A stretch of DNA of 64,000 nucleotides from Sphyrna mokarran (lineage: Eukaryota), in the NCBI GenBank assembly GCA_024679065.1, contig JAGIQG010000006.1, positions 68,386,001-68,450,000 of the forward strand, given 5' to 3'. This document shows positions 12,697 to 24,835 of the stretch, piece after piece. How positions within the stretch are numbered: the first letter of the stretch is position 1; each line of letters begins with the position of its first letter. The notes beneath the pieces were generated by a model. That model was not told where the DNA came from, made no database searches, and saw only the letters and a list, made by a program, of their open reading frames with translations. The position numbers and the translations under genes were made by a program.

Positions 12697-13998
12697 TTTC
12701 AGGACGGAACTCTGATTTATTAGACCATAACTTTTATTTTTTGTTTAAGAGAGGAAGATGAATAATTACAGGACTGACAATTAACTTTTATTAAACATGA
12801 AACATTTGACTATAACATAATACTCTTTCAACCCACCTATATCCTCATAAGTATACACAGTTTTAAGGATAACAAAAGTTACAAAACATATTTTAGAGTA
12901 TAATGTTCTCAGTAAGTAAACAGTCCTTGTACACTAACAGGCCAACTGTGATTAGACACACCACACTCTGAAACTGAATAGCAGATACCAGATAACACAA
13001 CTTCTGTGGATTTCAAAACAATCCCCCCGCCACCAGACACTTATCACACTGTGAACCAACCGGTTTCACTGGAACTCCGATTTCCCCATGAGTGTTTCCA
13101 AACTTCATTCTTGTAAAGCACATCTTAGATTCTTCCCCCAAACAGCACTTTCTTTAGGATGCCTTCACCAAGGGTCCACTTCCAAGATTTTGGTCTCCCC
13201 TTTCAGTATTCCACTACCGGAAATTTTTTTTTTAGTTTAGTTAGAACATCATGATTTGCGCAAGCTTGAAGGGCCAAGGGGTCTGTTCTTGTGCTGTACT
13301 TTCCTTTGTTGTTTCTTTGTTGAATTGACATGTGCATTCAAGCTTCCAAGGAATTTTTTACATACCAAACCATGCCAACAGAACACTACTGCTTTACAGG
13401 CTGCATGAACTTTCTAATTACTTTGGACATCTGGCTTCTTATTCATCGACTTTGCAAGATCTGTACCTTTCAGCTCTTGTCTTTAATGTGAGCCTTTCTT
13501 TGCCCCTTTCTTTAACTTCAAACAAGAGTATCTTTTACCTTGTTCAATTTCCAGTTCCTTTTGTTCCTTGACTTCCTGGAATTTCTCATTCATTCTCCGG
13601 TTACTAAACTGTTTTGTCAGCTTCTGGGATTTGCTTTCTGCCCATTATTCCACTGTCCTGTCTGTCTGCTGACAGTTTCTGTTGGATTACGTTCTTCTCA
13701 GATACCTGGTTCCAGATGTTTATGTATTTCGTTGTGGAACCCCTGGTTGCTAAGCAACAGTTGAGTCTTTCTTTAAACTCTATTTGTTTCTATGCTGTAA
13801 ACTCTTATAATTACAATGAAGACAGTTTGAAATGAAACCAAAACAAATAAGCATGCAGCCATCTTTGTTTATTATGAGCTAACAGAAGTCTTAATCCTTT
13901 CCAAAAATTAAACTCACTTAAATTTATATCTTTTTTTCTAATGCAAATGTAGATCTAACACAAATACAATTATAGTTTACTTAAAGCTACCCTTCACA
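12697..13998 (-). mobile_element. ~1.3-kb solo LTR with 4-bp target-site duplication
   Basis: CTGG flanks both ends (12693-12696 and 13999-14002); right end ...ccttcaca, left end tttcagg (decayed tgtcagg); TTTATT near the left end implies minus orientation. Confidence 0.65.
13222..13322 (+). mobile_element. CR1 3'-tail fragment nested in the LTR
   Basis: 'gcaagcttgaagggccaaggggtctgttcttgtgctgtac' plus a T-rich tail; compare 18660-18722. Confidence 0.75.
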
Positions 13999-14979
13999 CT
14001 GGTGAGAGCACAGCAATGAATAGATCTGTTCAAATAAGCTTGCAGACACTCACTGAAGTACTTACACCTAGAATGGTACTAGGTTGGACCAAGGATGCAC
14101 AAGGTTTCCTCCTTTTCCTTTTGGGTCTAGTGGATACAGATGCTGATGTGGTGGAAACAAATCAAGAACTTGAAGGGCAACATCGTTACTTGAGAAGACT
14201 TCAGAGAGACATGCTTCTTCAAAAACACACAAGCACCATTGGAAGATGGTAACCAAGGTTTCAACCTCAGTCCCTTTGACGTTGAAAGATACATTCATCC
14301 CCAGATTCTGAAAACCTGCAAAGTCTGAAGCCATTTACAGAACTGTAGGCAGATCCTTTTAATGAGCCCATATCTATTCACTACCTCTAAGAGTTGAAGG
14401 GTTCAAGAATTATGTCTTTTACTAAACACTTATTATTCAGGAGAGGAATCAAATAGATGTGTTTCTTCATTGATAAGGGTGTTGAATTGCACAATAGTCA
14501 GCAACATTAAAAACAAGTTCTTAACTGCTGTTGCTCTAATAGTTCATTTGGATTTCTAAGTCTTCTTGTTCCAAACTTCTGTCTCCAGGCCACTAATTGT
14601 CATGTCTAACATTGACCAATTTTTGATTGACAACCTGACCCCTCACATACTAGATAGCTTGTCCTGGAACTCTGACCGGATGTACTGTTCACTGTTCTTG
14701 TTGGGTGTTGACTGATTTTCCAAAGGACGGCTGTTAATTGGTCAATAAATACTTTATTTACTGACTTTAAAAGGGGAAGTGTGAGGTGAAGAACCATTCA
14801 CTTCCAGGTCAGACACCTGCCACTTGCCCTCTGCCAATGAAGTATAAAATTCACCCCACGCCTTCTTTTTCAAGCCAAAGGGTTCCATTTTAACTTGTTC
14901 TGGTAGCTTCAAACATTTGTCTACACACATCTGCGTGTTTCTCTATTCCTCCAATTTCTTTAAAATAGGCCCAGTTAGT

Positions 14980-15060
14980 TTAGTTTAAGCTCAAGTTTCA
15001 GTTCATTTATTAATGTTATAAGTAGGCTTACATTACAATGAAATTACCATGAAAATCTGC
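14980..15060 (-). mobile_element. SINE 3' tail (same family as 62325-62480) within a decayed CR1 fragment (~14860-15200)
   Basis: 'tttattaatgttataagtaggcttacatta.caatgaaattac' is the reverse of the 62415-62470 tail. Confidence 0.6.
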
Positions 15061-15544
15061 TGCTTTGCCTGTTCTCATTTTTCCTACCAAAATGCATCAC
15101 TGCACACTTCACTGTATCAGATTGTATCTGCCATTTCTTTGCGCACATCATAAGTCGGTCCAAGGCCTACTGAAGCCAGTAACTATCCTTCACAAAGTTT
15201 ACAATAAATTAGAGCAAATGTTTTACGTGCTGGACAAAGAGATTGATATAGTGGGCTGGAGATTTCTGTGAACATCAGAGAAATTGTAGGACAGATCTTC
15301 CATTCAAGCATTCATTCTTGCTAGCAGCTGACTAAATTTGCTTTGGATGAATAGTGGACCTTAGTTATTATGAATAGTGTGTTTGGAACCAACACCTGCT
15401 TCTGATAGGTTGGTGTGATACTTCTCTCTGAAGTACTATCATCTTGGGGTAGATTTACATGATAAATGGAATAAAATGGATTATTTACTGCTTTAAGAAA
15501 ATGCCACGTGAATGTACATCAGATTATTTTTCAGCCCTGTTTTC

Positions 15545-16735
15545 AAGTTCCAGGGTTCATCCTGACCCAGGCAAATTTGAAAATGTGTAACACATGCCTA
15601 ATTGGCAGGATAAAGACAACTTGCAGAACTAACTTGAATTTTTTCAAATGCAACTTTGCCAATAAAGCATCATCACTTTGGGAACTGCTAAGCAAGGATG
15701 TTCCATGTGCATGACAGGAGGACTATCAACATGTGTTTGAAATACCTAAACCAGGATTGTCAGGAGAGACATGTGGTTTACAAAACTGCAATTCAAGAAA
15801 AGAGATCATTTAAAGGTCAACACATTTCAAAAAAGGACTAGGAACATGCATCATGCAAGATGGCAACCAATTATATTTGACTCTAAAACACTATCACAAG
15901 CATAGCCCAATTATTCCAGTGTAGAGCATGAGACCCTTGCTCTGCTTTTCAGTATCTCAAGGTTCTACACACAGCTATTTAGGTAAATAATTCATTGTGG
16001 GAACTGACAACAAGCCTCTGGAAATGATTTGGTGTAAGCCACTGATGAATGCGACTACAACTTCTGATTAAAAAATATAGAGATACGCCCACATCTATAC
16101 AAACTAGGCAAGAAAATGGTTGATACAGACATACTGAGCAAAGTATCCAATCTAAAGACTGCAATTGTTTTACTAAACTTACAAGTGAATGGCTCAGAGG
16201 TTTGAAATAGACGACATACTCAATGTCAATATATGTTTTAGTCAACACAAATGGAATCACCTTTAGGAAAAAATGATTGATGACTGAAGGCATTATGGAG
16301 AATTATTGTAAAAGTTGGATCTGATACGATACAAGGCATGTCAGATCACTTTAGATATTTTATTGGCCATACAGAGTTGAGGGAGATATATCAAGAGATA
16401 TGATTTTCAAAGAAAAACAGGCATTTGAAACCAAAGCTCTTTGCCAGGACAAATTGTCCCAGTTGTACCTGGGACATACAGGCATGGAGTGAACAAAATG
16501 CCTGGCAAGGGCATCTATGTACTGATCAGGGATCAATAATAATATTGAGAAGCCAATAAAGGTGTGCAAAGCATCTCAGAGGCCTAACTACGGCAACACA
16601 AAACACCTTTATACTTTTATGAGATTCCAGTATATTCTTGGTCGAAAACTGTAACAGATCTATTTACTATCTGTGACAATAACTTTACCTGAATCACTGA
16701 TTAATTTACCAATTTCCTAATTATCAGACTATTGA
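15545..16735 (+). mobile_element. Ty3/Gypsy pol relic (RT end, RNase H, integrase N-terminus)
   Basis: With frameshifts and stops: GVHPDPGK; GLGTCIMQDG...DSKTLSQA*PNYSSVEHETLALLF...FIVGTDNKPL (RNase H; TDNKPL at 16003-16020); LYLGHTGME*TKCLARASMY*SGINNNIEKPIKVCKASQ (integrase zinc finger); PVYSWSKTVTDLF. The order RT-RH-IN is Gypsy-type. Confidence 0.9.
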
Positions 16736-16748
16736 AGTATAATTTAAG

Positions 16749-17045
16749 TGAATCCATGAAGCCTGGCCATGAAGCTGGAGACCATTTCTCCTTGCTATCT
16801 AAACACAGAATGAAATTTGTATCTTGGCATGATTGTGGAAGGTCGGGGGTTATAGTGATCCTTAAGCAAATTGACTAATTAGTTAAAAGATTTTGTGTCT
16901 AGAGCTTCTGGTAATGTTCAGTCCCTCACCAGGTTGTAAGCCTGCTGGCTGCAGACTGTGAGTAGAATCATCTTTTGGTTTTTCTCAGCTACTATTTCAT
17001 TTGCTATTAAAATATGCCACAGCTTCTCAATACAAAAGCTCATTA
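16749..17045 (-). mobile_element. Ty3/Gypsy gag relic
   Basis: Reads CIEKLWHILIANEIVAEKNQKMILLTVCSQQAYNLVRD*TLPEALDTKSFN*LVNLLKDHYNP..STIMPRYKFHSVFR*QGEMVSSFMARL, typical of metazoan Gypsy gag N-terminal regions. Confidence 0.8.
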
Positions 17046-17126
17046 GAGAAGAGATTATGAGAAATGACTGGCAGCCAACATAAAGGGAGTCCTTTTCCAG
17101 ACTTTGATAGTTTTCTATCGGCATTT

Positions 17127-17732
17127 AATAGTAAAATAGGGTAAAATGTGGAGTAGGGCAGATTAGAGAGAATATACACATGGAGGTGGGGTCATAGCTG
17201 AAATATTAAGTGAATACTTTACATCCATCTTTATCAAGGAGGTAGATGCTAACCAGGGCATGATGATAGATGAGAACATTCTGTTCCTAACAGGGTTCAA
17301 AATTGATAGAAGGATGTGTTGAATAAATCATTGATACTTTAAGTTGACAAGGCACTATGAACGGATGAAATACATCCAAAGATATTGAAGGAAGTGAGCT
17401 TACAAGTTGCAGGGGCATTGACCATAATCTTCCAATCTTTTCTAGACTCAGGGGAGGTGCCAGAGGACTAGAAAATTACACATATTATACTCCTATTCGT
17501 TAAAGGTTATGAAGATAGTCCCAGCAATTACAGACCAGACAGTTTAACATCAGTAATAGGCAGGCTTCTAAAAACAAATTGGGATAGAATGAATGGTCAC
17601 ATGGAATATGTTGAATTGATTAGGAAGAGGCAGCATGGATTTCTAAAGGGAAAATCATGTATACTTAACTTTCTGAATGTTTTTGATAAAGTAACAGAAA
17701 GGATTGATGAGGGTAATGCTGTTGATGTGGTG
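17127..17732 (+). mobile_element. Old CR1 ORF2 fragment (RT N-terminal part)
   Basis: Motifs EILSEYF.SIF, DEIHPKILKEV, GEVPED*K, PSNYRP.SLTSV, QHGFLKGKSC, DEGNAVDVV, with stops and frameshifts. Confidence 0.9.
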
Positions 17733-17829
17733 CAGCCAGGATGTAGAGCAGCATGTGACCAGTAGCTAATAGTGTGTGGTGTGTTTGTGCAAATAGCAAC
17801 AGTATTTGCTATTGCTATAGCAACAAATA

Positions 17830-18723
17830 GCAGATGATACTAAAGTTGGTGGTGTGGTAGATAGTGAAGAGGGGTGTTTTAGTTTACAGAGTGACTTGGA
17901 CAAGTTGCAGAGCTGGGCCGAGAGGTGGCAAATGGAGTTTAATGTGGAAAAGTGTGAGGTAATGCACTTTGGCAGGAACAATAAATGTGTAGAGTATAGG
18001 GCTAATGGTAGGGCTCTTAATAGTGTTGAGGAACAGAAGGATCTTGGTGTATGTGTCAATAGATCCCTGAAAGTAGGCAGTCAAGTGGATAAAGTTGTTA
18101 AGAAGGCATATGGAGTCTTAGCTTTTATTGGTAGGGGGATTGAATTTAGGAGCCGCAGCATCATGTTGCAACTGTACAAAACTCTAGTGCGGCCGCACTT
18201 GGAGTATTGTGTGCAGTTCTGGTCCCCACATTATAAGAAAGATGTGGAGGCATTGGAGAGGGTACAGAGGAGGTTTACCAGGATGTTGCCTGGTATGGAG
18301 GGCAGGTCCTATGAAGAGAGGTTGAAGGATTTGAGGTTGTTTTCGTTAGAAAGGAGGCGGCTAAGAGGGGATCTTATTGAAGCATATAAGATGATTAGAG
18401 GTTTAGATAGGGTGGACAGTGATAGCCTTTTTCCTAGGATGGAGAAAGCTAGCACGAGGGGACACAGCTTTAAATTAAGGGGTATGAGTTATAGGACGGA
18501 TATCAGAGGTAGGTTCTTTACTCAAAGAGTGATTAGGGAGTGGAATGCCCTGCCTGCAGCTGTTGTAGATGCGCCAAGTTTGGTGGCGTTTAAGAGGTTA
18601 GTTGATAAGTATATGGAAGAGAAGGGAATGGTTTAGTTAGGAGGGGCATTGCTTTTTATTTTGGTCGGCACAACATCGAAGGCCGAAGGGCCTGTTCTGT
18701 GCTGTATTGTTCTATGTTCTATT
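17830..18723 (+). mobile_element. Young 5'-truncated CR1 LINE with intact ORF2 3' portion, 3' UTR and (TGTTCTA)n tail
   Basis: Open from ADDTK (17830) to the stop at 18636; CpGs retained; canonical tail 'ggccgaagggcctgttctgtgctgtattgttctatgttctat'. Confidence 0.97.
17854..18636 (+). CDS. CR1 ORF2 C-terminal fragment (RT thumb/C-terminal domain); transposon-derived, not a host gene
   Basis: 260 aa with WQMEFNVEKC, KDLGV, LYKTLVRPHLEYCVQFWSP, LERVQRRFTRM, RRRLRGDLIEAYK, TRGH, FFTQRVIREWNALP. Confidence 0.9.
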   Translation: MVDSEEGCFSLQSDLDKLQSWAERWQMEFNVEKCEVMHFGRNNKCVEYRANGRALNSVEEQKDLGVCVNRSLKVGSQVDKVVKKAYGVLAFIGRGIEFRSRSIMLQLYKTLVRPHLEYCVQFWSPHYKKDVEALERVQRRFTRMLPGMEGRSYEERLKDLRLFSLERRRLRGDLIEAYKMIRGLDRVDSDSLFPRMEKASTRGHSFKLRGMSYRTDIRGRFFTQRVIREWNALPAAVVDAPSLVAFKRLVDKYMEEKGMV

Positions 18724-20082
18724 GTCCTTGCGAGTTCGTGAAGTAGATCTTTTTGCTGATCCATCCTGCACTATATCTTCAGATAAATTGAGCCTATGAC
18801 TAGTTTACTAGCCATGCTGCGAGATATGTAGGTTTGTGTAATGCAGACATATAAATACAACAGTGGCCATCAGTCTTTTGCATTTCTTTGTATCTGAGTC
18901 TTTCTGGACAGGTGACTGTTGCCACTTTAGTCAGACAGTTGTGCATCTGGTATCAAGGAGGTCCTAATGCTTTATTTGGGGTGGTGGCTTAATTCCCAAA
19001 GAAAGCTGACAGAGACAGAGAGAGCTATTCAGTTCTATAGACTGGCAAGGACCACACATAGTGTAAGAAGCCATTAGGAATGAATGAGACACTTAAGTTC
19101 CATATGAGAGCACCCTTCAATATGAAACGGAAAAAAAAACTTTAATGCTATCAATATATGGCGAGTGAGCAAAGCTAATTATCTTGCATGTCAAAGTCAA
19201 GTAGCCAGGAAGCTGGCATGACACTTACATCATGCAACCAACCTGCATGCTAGACTTCATGATTTGGAGCCACATGTCTGGAGACTGATTAGTGATCAGA
19301 TTTTTGAAGCTTCCTCTGATAGAGCGGAACAATAGATACAGTAAATCCCATATCACGACAAAAAATGCCATAGAGCAACTATAAAAAAAAATGCAAGTCC
19401 CATTTTAGATGCCTGATTATATCTAGAAGAACTGCCAATATATCCAGCCGAAAGTCTTGAGAATGATGGTGGCATGTTGCATTCTGTTTAATACTGCAGT
19501 GTAAATCAGTTAGTTGTTTCCATAAGTTTGAAGTAAGAATGATGAAAGGATTGTAAAAGCATGTTTGTTCCCTTGACATGAGGACAATGCACAGAGAAAA
19601 GAGGACACAAATGGTAACTCAGTATTTTCACAAATAAAGGTTCACCAATAAAAAATAAGTCGCTTCACACTAATCTGTTCCCCTTCAAAATCCTCATAAA
19701 GTCCTTCACTGGCAAAGGTTTTGGCCGATTTCCTTAAGACAGAATCTATGGAGGCAAAATTGATTCAACCCCCAAAATTGATATATGGATCATTATGCTC
19801 CATATACTTATGCCTTATATACTTATAACTTGTGCCTTTTCAAATGCTGCAGGCAAGCTTCATACTACCTGCCAGTTCTAATCATAACAGCATTCAGCCC
19901 AATGATGCGTAGTTGCACATCTTAGTCGGGGACCCAATTCATATGAGGTGAAGTCCAATTGAACTTAGGTCTACCTCACTTAAAACCAATTGGCAATGTT
20001 TCAATAAAAAAAAGGCTTTCTGGCTTCAGCAGGAACAGGAAGTGGTGAAAGCAGAGTTAAAAATTTGGAAGAACATTGAAAC

Positions 20083-20310
20083 ATGACCAGAGATTGTTTC
20101 CCAAGACTCTCTGATGAAGCACTGGAGGTCTTGGTCCAGAAGATGCCCAATTGGAGAGTTGTCCTCTTCCCCCAAGGGATCAGGAGGCTCCCCGTGCTGC
20201 TTCAAAAAAGGCAGTAGATGCAAGCATTCATCATAGACAGTGTCAGCAGCTTAGCCTGAGGGTCTGCAGTGCCAAAAGAAGTTTAATGACCTCACATGAG
20301 TGGTGAAGGT
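20083..20310 (+). pseudogene. Harbinger-type Myb/SANT-like DNA-binding protein, first-exon relic (element ~19750-20560)
   Basis: ATG at 20083: MTRDCFPRLSDEALEVLVQKMPNWRVVLFPQGIRR...KRQ*MQA, then a frameshift to QCQKKFNDLT*VVK followed by GT. Matches the Myb/SANT pattern 'PRFS..ELE.L......LF....W......QC.KKFNDL'. Confidence 0.75.
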
Positions 20311-20620
20311 CAATAAATACATCTTCATGTGGCAATTGTTTACAAATGAAGCAATGGCCTCATACACTGCTCCATTCATCACGGCCCATTCAGTCACCAA
20401 CAATAATTTCTACTGAATATATCTCACATGCAAAGCTTCAACTCACCCTCCAACACCGTTACACATTCACGTTTCAGAGTTTTCACACACTGTCAAGCAC
20501 ATCACACACACCGTGCAGAAACTAGTCTTATTTTGGATTAAATAATCCAGTATGTGAGATGAGCTAAGATAAGAGAATCTAATCTGGTGCAACTTCAAGG
20601 CTTCACATGGCTCCATTGAC

Positions 20621-21350
20621 CATAAGACTATAAGATCATAAGACATAGGAGCAGAATTAGGCCGTTCGGCTCATTCAGTTTGCTCTGTCATTCAATCATG
20701 GCTGGTATTTTTCTCATCCCCATTCTCTTGTCTTTTCCCCATAAACCCTTATCCCCTTATTAATAAAGAACCTATCTATTTCTGTCTTAAAGAAACTCAA
20801 TGACCTGGCCTCCACAGCCTTCTGCGGCAAAGAGTTTCATAGATTCACCACTCTCTGGCTGAAGAAATTCTCCTCATCTCTGTTTTAAAGGTTCATCCCT
20901 TTAGCCTGAGATTGTGTCCTCTGGTTTTACTTTTCCTACTAATGGAAACATCCTCTCCACATCCATTCTATCCAGGCCTCGCTGTATCCTGTAAGTTTCA
21001 ATAAGATCCACCTCATCCTTCTGTCACCTGGTTCTCCTTTATCTAATTTCCTTGATACCTCCTTAAAGAACTCTAACAGATTTGTCAAGCATGACATTCC
21101 CTTGACAAAGCCGTGCTGACTCAGGCCTACTTTATCACGCACTTCCAAGTACTCTGCAATCTCATCTTTAATAATGGACTCTAAAATCTTGCTAATGACT
21201 GAAGTCAGGCTAATCTGCCGAGAATTTCCCTTTGCTGTGTCCCTCCCTCCTTAAATAATGGCATTATACAGTAGTTACCTTCCAATCCTCCGGTACCCTC
21301 CCTGCCTCCCAGTGATTCCTGAAAGATTACCACCAACACCTCCACAATTT
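20621..21350 (-). mobile_element. CR1 LINE with 3' end and an internal deletion
   Basis: Tail 'cataagactataagatcataagacataggagcagaattaggcc'; ORF 20939-21148 'SQHGFVKGMSCLTNLLEFF..V..KLDKGEP' jumps to C-terminal sequence near 21022. Confidence 0.9.
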
Positions 21351-22309
21351 CTGTGTAAGCCCATGGACAATGACCCACCCACAAAAAAATCCATCAAACC
21401 AGATGAAAGGGCAGGAAATGCAACACTAGCAGACATTTTGAGATGCTTGGTTGTGTGTGAATTACTAGTATAGATATCAGAATGCTTCCAGCATGGCAAA
21501 ACTGGACATTTCAAGCATTTCTGCAAGTCCAATAATTTTAACTGAGGTAGAACACAAGAAAGTATTTAGGAAATATACTCTATTCAAGGAATGGAAAATC
21601 AAGATGAAGGTGAAATTATAAAGTTCCTGGGGCGATATTGTTAGTTTTATCTGGATCATTGGTCAGTTAGAATGTAAGTTCAAGTCTTCGATGTCACTTT
21701 TAAATTGATGCTTGAGCTGCTGTTAGCAGATAATCTGCCAATGAGTCTTCCCCATCAGACTTCACATTATATGGTCCTGGTGGCATAGACTTTCCAATTA
21801 AAGGCAGGATTATTGCTCCTCCTCACCACAGTGGCTTGTCAATTCACCCTATGCTGTTCATAATCAATATATGTCTTTATTAAATGATAATGTTAGCATC
21901 CTAATAGGGATTATAGAAAAACTAGATGATGTCCATTATTTGAATGACTCATTGTCATTCATGCCACAATCTTCTTTCATTTAGAAGAAATGGAAATTCA
22001 AAAGTTGAGGAAGCTAAGACACTCAGCAGTAAATTCCTTTCTTTCACATTGGCATGAATTTACAATTTATGCTCAGGTCCACTGGTGCTCGACAGGGCGA
22101 TTTGGAAAACCCATTAAAGACACTGTGTACCTTACTTGCATCCTATTAATGGGATGCAGATGAAGGCTTGACCCCTCCGTGCCAGATTCTCCACAGTGCT
22201 GGCAGGAAAACACACTACTATGAAATACACGTGGGAACAAATGGCACACAGATTTGGGATTCATCTGAACAATGCCTAGATTTGTAGTAACTGAGTCATT
22301 AAATATGTT

Positions 22310-22470
22310 CAACATTGATACAGACCAATTTTTAATCATTAAGGGAATCAAGGAAATTGGGGATAAGATGGAAAGTAGAGTTGAGGATTATCACATCAGA
22401 TCAGTCATGATCTAACTGAATTGATGTGTAGTCTTGATGGGCTGAATGGCCTTCTGTTCCTATATTTTGA
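22310..22470 (+). mobile_element. CR1 3' UTR fragment
   Basis: 'aagggaatcaagg...agatcagtcatgatct...gggctgaatggccttctgttcctat'. Confidence 0.75.
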
Positions 22471-22845
22471 TGTATCAGTGACATCAGTTAGCCATGTGTT
22501 AAACTCTCTCTTTTTCTCTCTAGGGAGAGAGAAGGAAAGGTTGGAATCATCCTGAGGAACAACATGTTTATTCTGTAACTTGTTTAGAAATAATACTAAT
22601 AATCATATGTTAAGCAGATACCAGGATAAGTCTGTGTACAGTACCACACCTAGAGTCCAAGGTAGAAGGATCATCCTAGAACAGTGCACAAGGAAATGTG
22701 ATGGGCATATCCAATGACATATTTGGTGTTGAGAGAACGTTACCTTTTTGGTTGAATTGGGAATTTCAGAATAGAAGTTGCCAATATATGGAAATGAGAA
22801 GGGATTTCTGCTCTCAAAGTTGTTAATCTTTAGAATTCTCTAGCT

Positions 22846-23836
22846 TAGCCCTGAAAACTGGGATCCTCCCAAAAAAAGTTTAATCTCCCAATTTGCATAA
22901 AAGTGGGAACAACTCCCACCAGTTTTTTCAGCATGATTTCCAGAGCAAATCTCTAACACACTGTACATTATAGAGTGTCCTAATGTGGTTCCCTCTGAAA
23001 ATCTATGAGCGGGACTATTCTTTCCTGACAGACCACTGCACAAGCACAATCCGTCAGCACTGAGATCAGCACATGCGCAGTGGCCCTATGTTACTGGCCT
23101 CACGACCACTGGTCTTTCGAACCTTCCCAAATCCCCCAGTTGCAGGCCACCTGGACCTCCTCAGGCTAGCCCCGATGTGTCTCCCCTTCTCCGTTTCCTG
23201 CCCCTTTCCAGACCCGATCTCCCTGAACCCCTACCCTCAACAGTCCCGAACTCCACCCCCCGTCCCTACCAATATAGTCATTACTGATCGCCATCCTTTC
23301 TCCCTTTGCTTGTGATCATAGGTGCAAAGTGTCAGCATGTTCCCCTCACTCTACTGATCGCCGCACCAATAGATCCTTTGGCACTGCCTGATGAACTGTG
23401 TCAAGATGCCTGTTGGGCAGTGCCCATTTGCCCCTTCAACAGTTCCAGGATGCCAGGCTGGGGCAAGGAGCACCTGTCCTCCTTATTCCAACCTCCTGGG
23501 AGGGCATCAGTGGCCTCTATTCTCTCCACAGGATCAGTTGCCTGTTTCCCATTGGCTGGGGGCAGTTGTAAATGCTGCTGGAATGAACCACTCCTGGTGA
23601 CAGGGGTATGGAAGAGATGCTAGTGGGCACAGTGAATTCATTCCAGGCCCACTAATGATATGAAAATGAAGATTTCCACATTGTAATCAGCTCCGTGCCA
23701 ATTTCCGGCATAGAGCTGATTACATTAGAAATCTTTGGCTGAGAGATGTATAGATGCACTCCCTCCAAAAATCAAATTCAAATCCCAATTCAATCCAATT
23801 TATGGTCCCCACAAGAGAGACAAAGAAAATCCAAGC
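22846..23836. mobile_element. Harbinger-type MITE, left end eroded
   Basis: Right end 'aaaatccaagc'; interior has 'gcacatgcgcag', C-rich subrepeats and 'ggcactgcc/gggcagtgcc' blocks as in 9203-10205. Confidence 0.55.
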
Positions 23837-23861
23837 TGAAAAATTAAGACATTGCACCCCA

Positions 23862-24210
23862 TCTTGGGCTGTGCCCATCTCTTATTGCCCTTAACTTGAG
23901 TGGTTTGCAAGGCCATTTCTGATTACAGTCGAGAGTCAACTACATTGCTGTGGATCAGGAGTCACATTACACCCAGTACAGATAAGGATGCAGGGTTCTT
24001 TATCTAACAGATACTAGTGACCCAGATGGGTTTTTGTAATTGATGATAGTTTCGTTGTCATTATTACTAAGGCCTAGCTTTAGATTCCGGAATTTTATTA
24101 ATTGAATTCAAATTATAAAAACTGCCATGGTGGGATTTGAACATTTATTTCCAGACTATTAGCCTAAACCTCAGGATTACTGGTCCAGTGATATTACTAC
24201 TACACCATGA
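23862..24210 (-). mobile_element. tRNA-derived SINE with CR1/L2-type tail
   Basis: Reverse strand begins 'tggtgtagtagtaatatcactggaccagtaatcc' (A box), has 'gttcaaatcccaccatggcag' (B box) and ends 'aagggcaataagagatgggca'. Confidence 0.8.
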
Positions 24211-24719
24211 TCACCCTAATGACAGTATTAATGTGGAAGTGTATGGAAACGGCATAGGTGGCATTTTGGTATCAAAACAATTTCATTTATGTTTCCTCAT
24301 TTCCTCCTAACAGCACCATTATCTTTTTCATCATTTAATCTCTCATATCTTCCAATTTATTGTAAATCTTCTCATTTATTCTATCCTTCCCTCCTTCCTT
24401 TGGCTGCCTCTATCATGGTTATAAATTTTACCCGTTCAAGAAAAACATTAATTCTGTTTTTCTTTCCAAAGACGTTGTCAGACTCACAGGCTGGAGTTCT
24501 CCAGTTATTCATGCCAGTGGGATCTTTTGTTCCCATTGATGGCTTACCCTCACGACAGGTTTCTCAGCAGCATGGGCTGCAGTCAGTGGGAACTCACTGA
24601 CAATGGCGACACCACGCCTCCTACCCTGAGAAAACATGCTATGCGTAGACCAGAAAATTCCTCCCCTCCACTCAAAAGATATTTCCAACATTTTCTGTTC
24701 CTACTTCAGAAAGAGAATA

Positions 24720-24835
24720 ATTTGACAGTCTCTTCAATTCCTCCTCCTCCACCTTTTCGTCTTCCTCCTCACTTTCTTGCCATTTGTCTAAAGCCTCACA
24801 ATGGTGAAGTTGTGCAGCATGTAAAAGTCAGATCA
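24720..24835 (-). pseudogene. Harbinger (HARBI1-like) transposase C-terminal relic
   Basis: Reverse reads YMLHNFTIVR (cf. 'CC.LHN.AI.R'), followed by an acidic E/D-rich stretch. Confidence 0.55.

Noticed and set aside
14016-14252. 78-aa ORF with possible splice acceptor and donor
   Set aside because: No recognisable protein family, no partner exons, and it lies among transposon debris.
17127-18723. Single continuous CR1 element
   Set aside because: The two parts differ greatly in decay and are separated by ~95 bp of unrelated sequence, with the middle of RT missing.
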